A program made the translations under genes and the position numbers. This document shows positions 62,763 to 64,000 of a DNA stretch of 64,000 nt, one piece after another; position 1 is the stretch's first letter; every line of letters begins with the position of its first letter. The stretch lies in IMG/VR virus record IMGVR_UViG_3300007790_000207. The stretch is one strand, 5' to 3'. This DNA is from a virus. A model generated the notes under the pieces. The model saw nothing but the letters and a program-made list of their open reading frames with translations, was not told the DNA's origin and did not search any database.

Positions 62763-63005
62763 ATGATCCAGCCCTTCTACGAGAGCGAGAACGCGGCCCT
62801 GGTCGCCATGCTCAACGACGTCGCCGTCTTCATGACGGACAAGGAGGCCCACGAGATGATCCCGGCCTTCCTGCCGCAGATCGAGGCCGTGAAGGTCCGG
62901 CACTTCGGCTCCGACCACGAGCGCAACTACATCTTCTACGTCGACCCGCTGAAGCACCGGGAGGGCGTCACGAACATCCTGAAGGAGCGCGCGCGGAAGG
63001 AGTAG
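62763..63005 (+). CDS. Hypothetical protein
   Basis: Operon ORF. Confidence 0.6.
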   Translation: MIQPFYESENAALVAMLNDVAVFMTDKEAHEMIPAFLPQIEAVKVRHFGSDHERNYIFYVDPLKHREGVTNILKERARKE

Positions 63006-63052
63006 ACATTCAAGTCGAAGTCATGTAGACTTCAAGCGGCTACAAGCCCATA

Positions 63053-63083
63053 GAAGGCCCGGAGAGGACACCTCCGGGCCTTC
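63053..63083 (+). terminator. Terminator hairpin
   Basis: GAAGGCCCGGAG / CTCCGGGCCTTC. Confidence 0.65.
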
Positions 63084-63626
63084 GCTTGTGCTATCGTGCT
63101 CTCACCGGACGGCTCGAAGGGGCCTGAAGGCCAGATTACGCCAGGCATTCGGATCGACTTCCACCGCCACCGCAAACGCTATGACGCCAGCCCCTCGGGG
63201 ATAAGGCAGAGGTGTCCTCTCTGCTGAAGGCAAGTCGGACCCCCTCGAAGGCGAGGGCAGACGGCAAGACCACCGGCTCGCTTACCGGGTGTAGAGAGAT
63301 CCAGAGAAGCCCACGAGTCAGTGACGGCGTGCTTCAAGGAAGGCCCGACACGCGACTATCCGGGGAGCGCCCCCTTCAGCGCAGGAAGACCCCTACCGGA
63401 CGATCACTGACATGCCCCGGCCCTTGGCATCGAGTAATCCCCGAGCCCGTCCGATGGTCCACTCCATCCTGAAGACGCCCCTGCGACACGACGAAGAACC
63501 GTGCCGCAGGGGCTTTCCTCCTGCCATCCTCCTGAAGGGTGGATGAAGAAGTGCAGAAGGACGAGGGACGACCGGACCGAGGAGACGACTACCGGAGGAG
63601 CCCACCCACCGGGTAGGCTCCGAGGC
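63084..63626. other. About 540-bp non-coding region of unknown function
   Basis: No ORF with phage codon usage; several hairpins; recurring GAAG motifs. Confidence 0.5.
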
Positions 63627-64000
63627 ATGGCAGAACTTTTCCCCGACCTCGCTCTCCAGATCTCGCAGGCGAAGACGAAGGCGCTCGGCGACATCGCTGT
63701 CCGCTCCAGCATCGAGGACCGCATCGCGAGGACCGAGGCTCGCATCGTCGATCTCCAGCACGAGGCCGACGTCTTCGAGAAGGCGACGATGCTCCTGAAC
63801 ACGCTCGGCGAGGAGCGCCAGCACGAGGCCCAGGCGATGATCGAGGGCCTGGTCACCCGAGGGCTCCAGACCGTCTTCGAGCCGAACCTCTCGTTGGTGA
63901 TCTCGACGCAGGTCAAGGGCAAGACGACCACGACCGACTTCCTCATCCGCACGGATCTCGGCGACGAGGCGTTCGAGACGAGCGTGATGGACGCCCGAGG
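63627..64000 (+). CDS. SbcC/Rad50-like ATPase, C-terminal half (truncated by window end)
   Basis: Coiled coil then IEGLVTRGLQTVF...ETSVMDARG, the segment that precedes the ABC signature motif in Rad50 C-halves. Confidence 0.75.
   Translation, partial: MAELFPDLALQISQAKTKALGDIAVRSSIEDRIARTEARIVDLQHEADVFEKATMLLNTLGEERQHEAQAMIEGLVTRGLQTVFEPNLSLVISTQVKGKTTTTDFLIRTDLGDEAFETSVMDAR

Noticed and set aside
63084-63626. tmRNA, RNase P RNA or group I intron
   Set aside because: I could not find the diagnostic terminal or core motifs; left as unknown non-coding DNA.

Overview
This window is part of a high-GC tailed actinobacteriophage genome (host probably a Micrococcales/Microbacteriaceae member; that is inference). 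No capsid, portal, terminase or integrase gene lies in the window. Layout: 0-3 kb, end of a tail gene and a lysis cassette (M23 endolysin, four membrane proteins). 3-19.4 kb, replication/recombination core (SNF2 helicase, FliA/WhiG-like sigma factor, DnaB, primase Zn-finger, dNMP kinase, two clamp-loader-like subunits, family A DNA polymerase, SSB-like protein, RuvC-like resolvase, RecA). 19.4-54 kb, a long accessory region of small ORFs that also holds a PhoD-domain putative virion protein, four tRNAs, SpoU, RtcB, a 2H phosphoesterase and a putative ADP-ribosyltransferase. 54-64 kb, a split Rad50/SbcC, a leftward block (beta clamp, PD-(D/E)XK nuclease, WhiB, Mre11/SbcD), small ORFs and about 540 bp of non-coding DNA. 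Main finding: a nuclease-less IS110/Nop-domain protein (32868-33653, TasA-like) and 12 copies of an RNA-like unit. Each unit is a GC stem enclosing nCA-N(8-10)-YYA-GC[small hairpin]GC-nCA-N(8-11)-YYA, with a 36-41 nt loop holding two hypervariable spacers. One unit lies directly upstream of the gene, four more are solitary at operon ends, and seven form two mini-arrays (3 and 4 units). This looks like a dispersed, stem-loop TIGR-Tas-like RNA-guided system. Three genome-wide DNA signals are also visible: a TTGAC-N4-GTCAA palindrome on about 15 promoters, about 25 copies of an AGAACTTT motif that overrides codon bias, and apparent avoidance of AGCT. All functional calls come from motif recognition by eye; no database searches were run.
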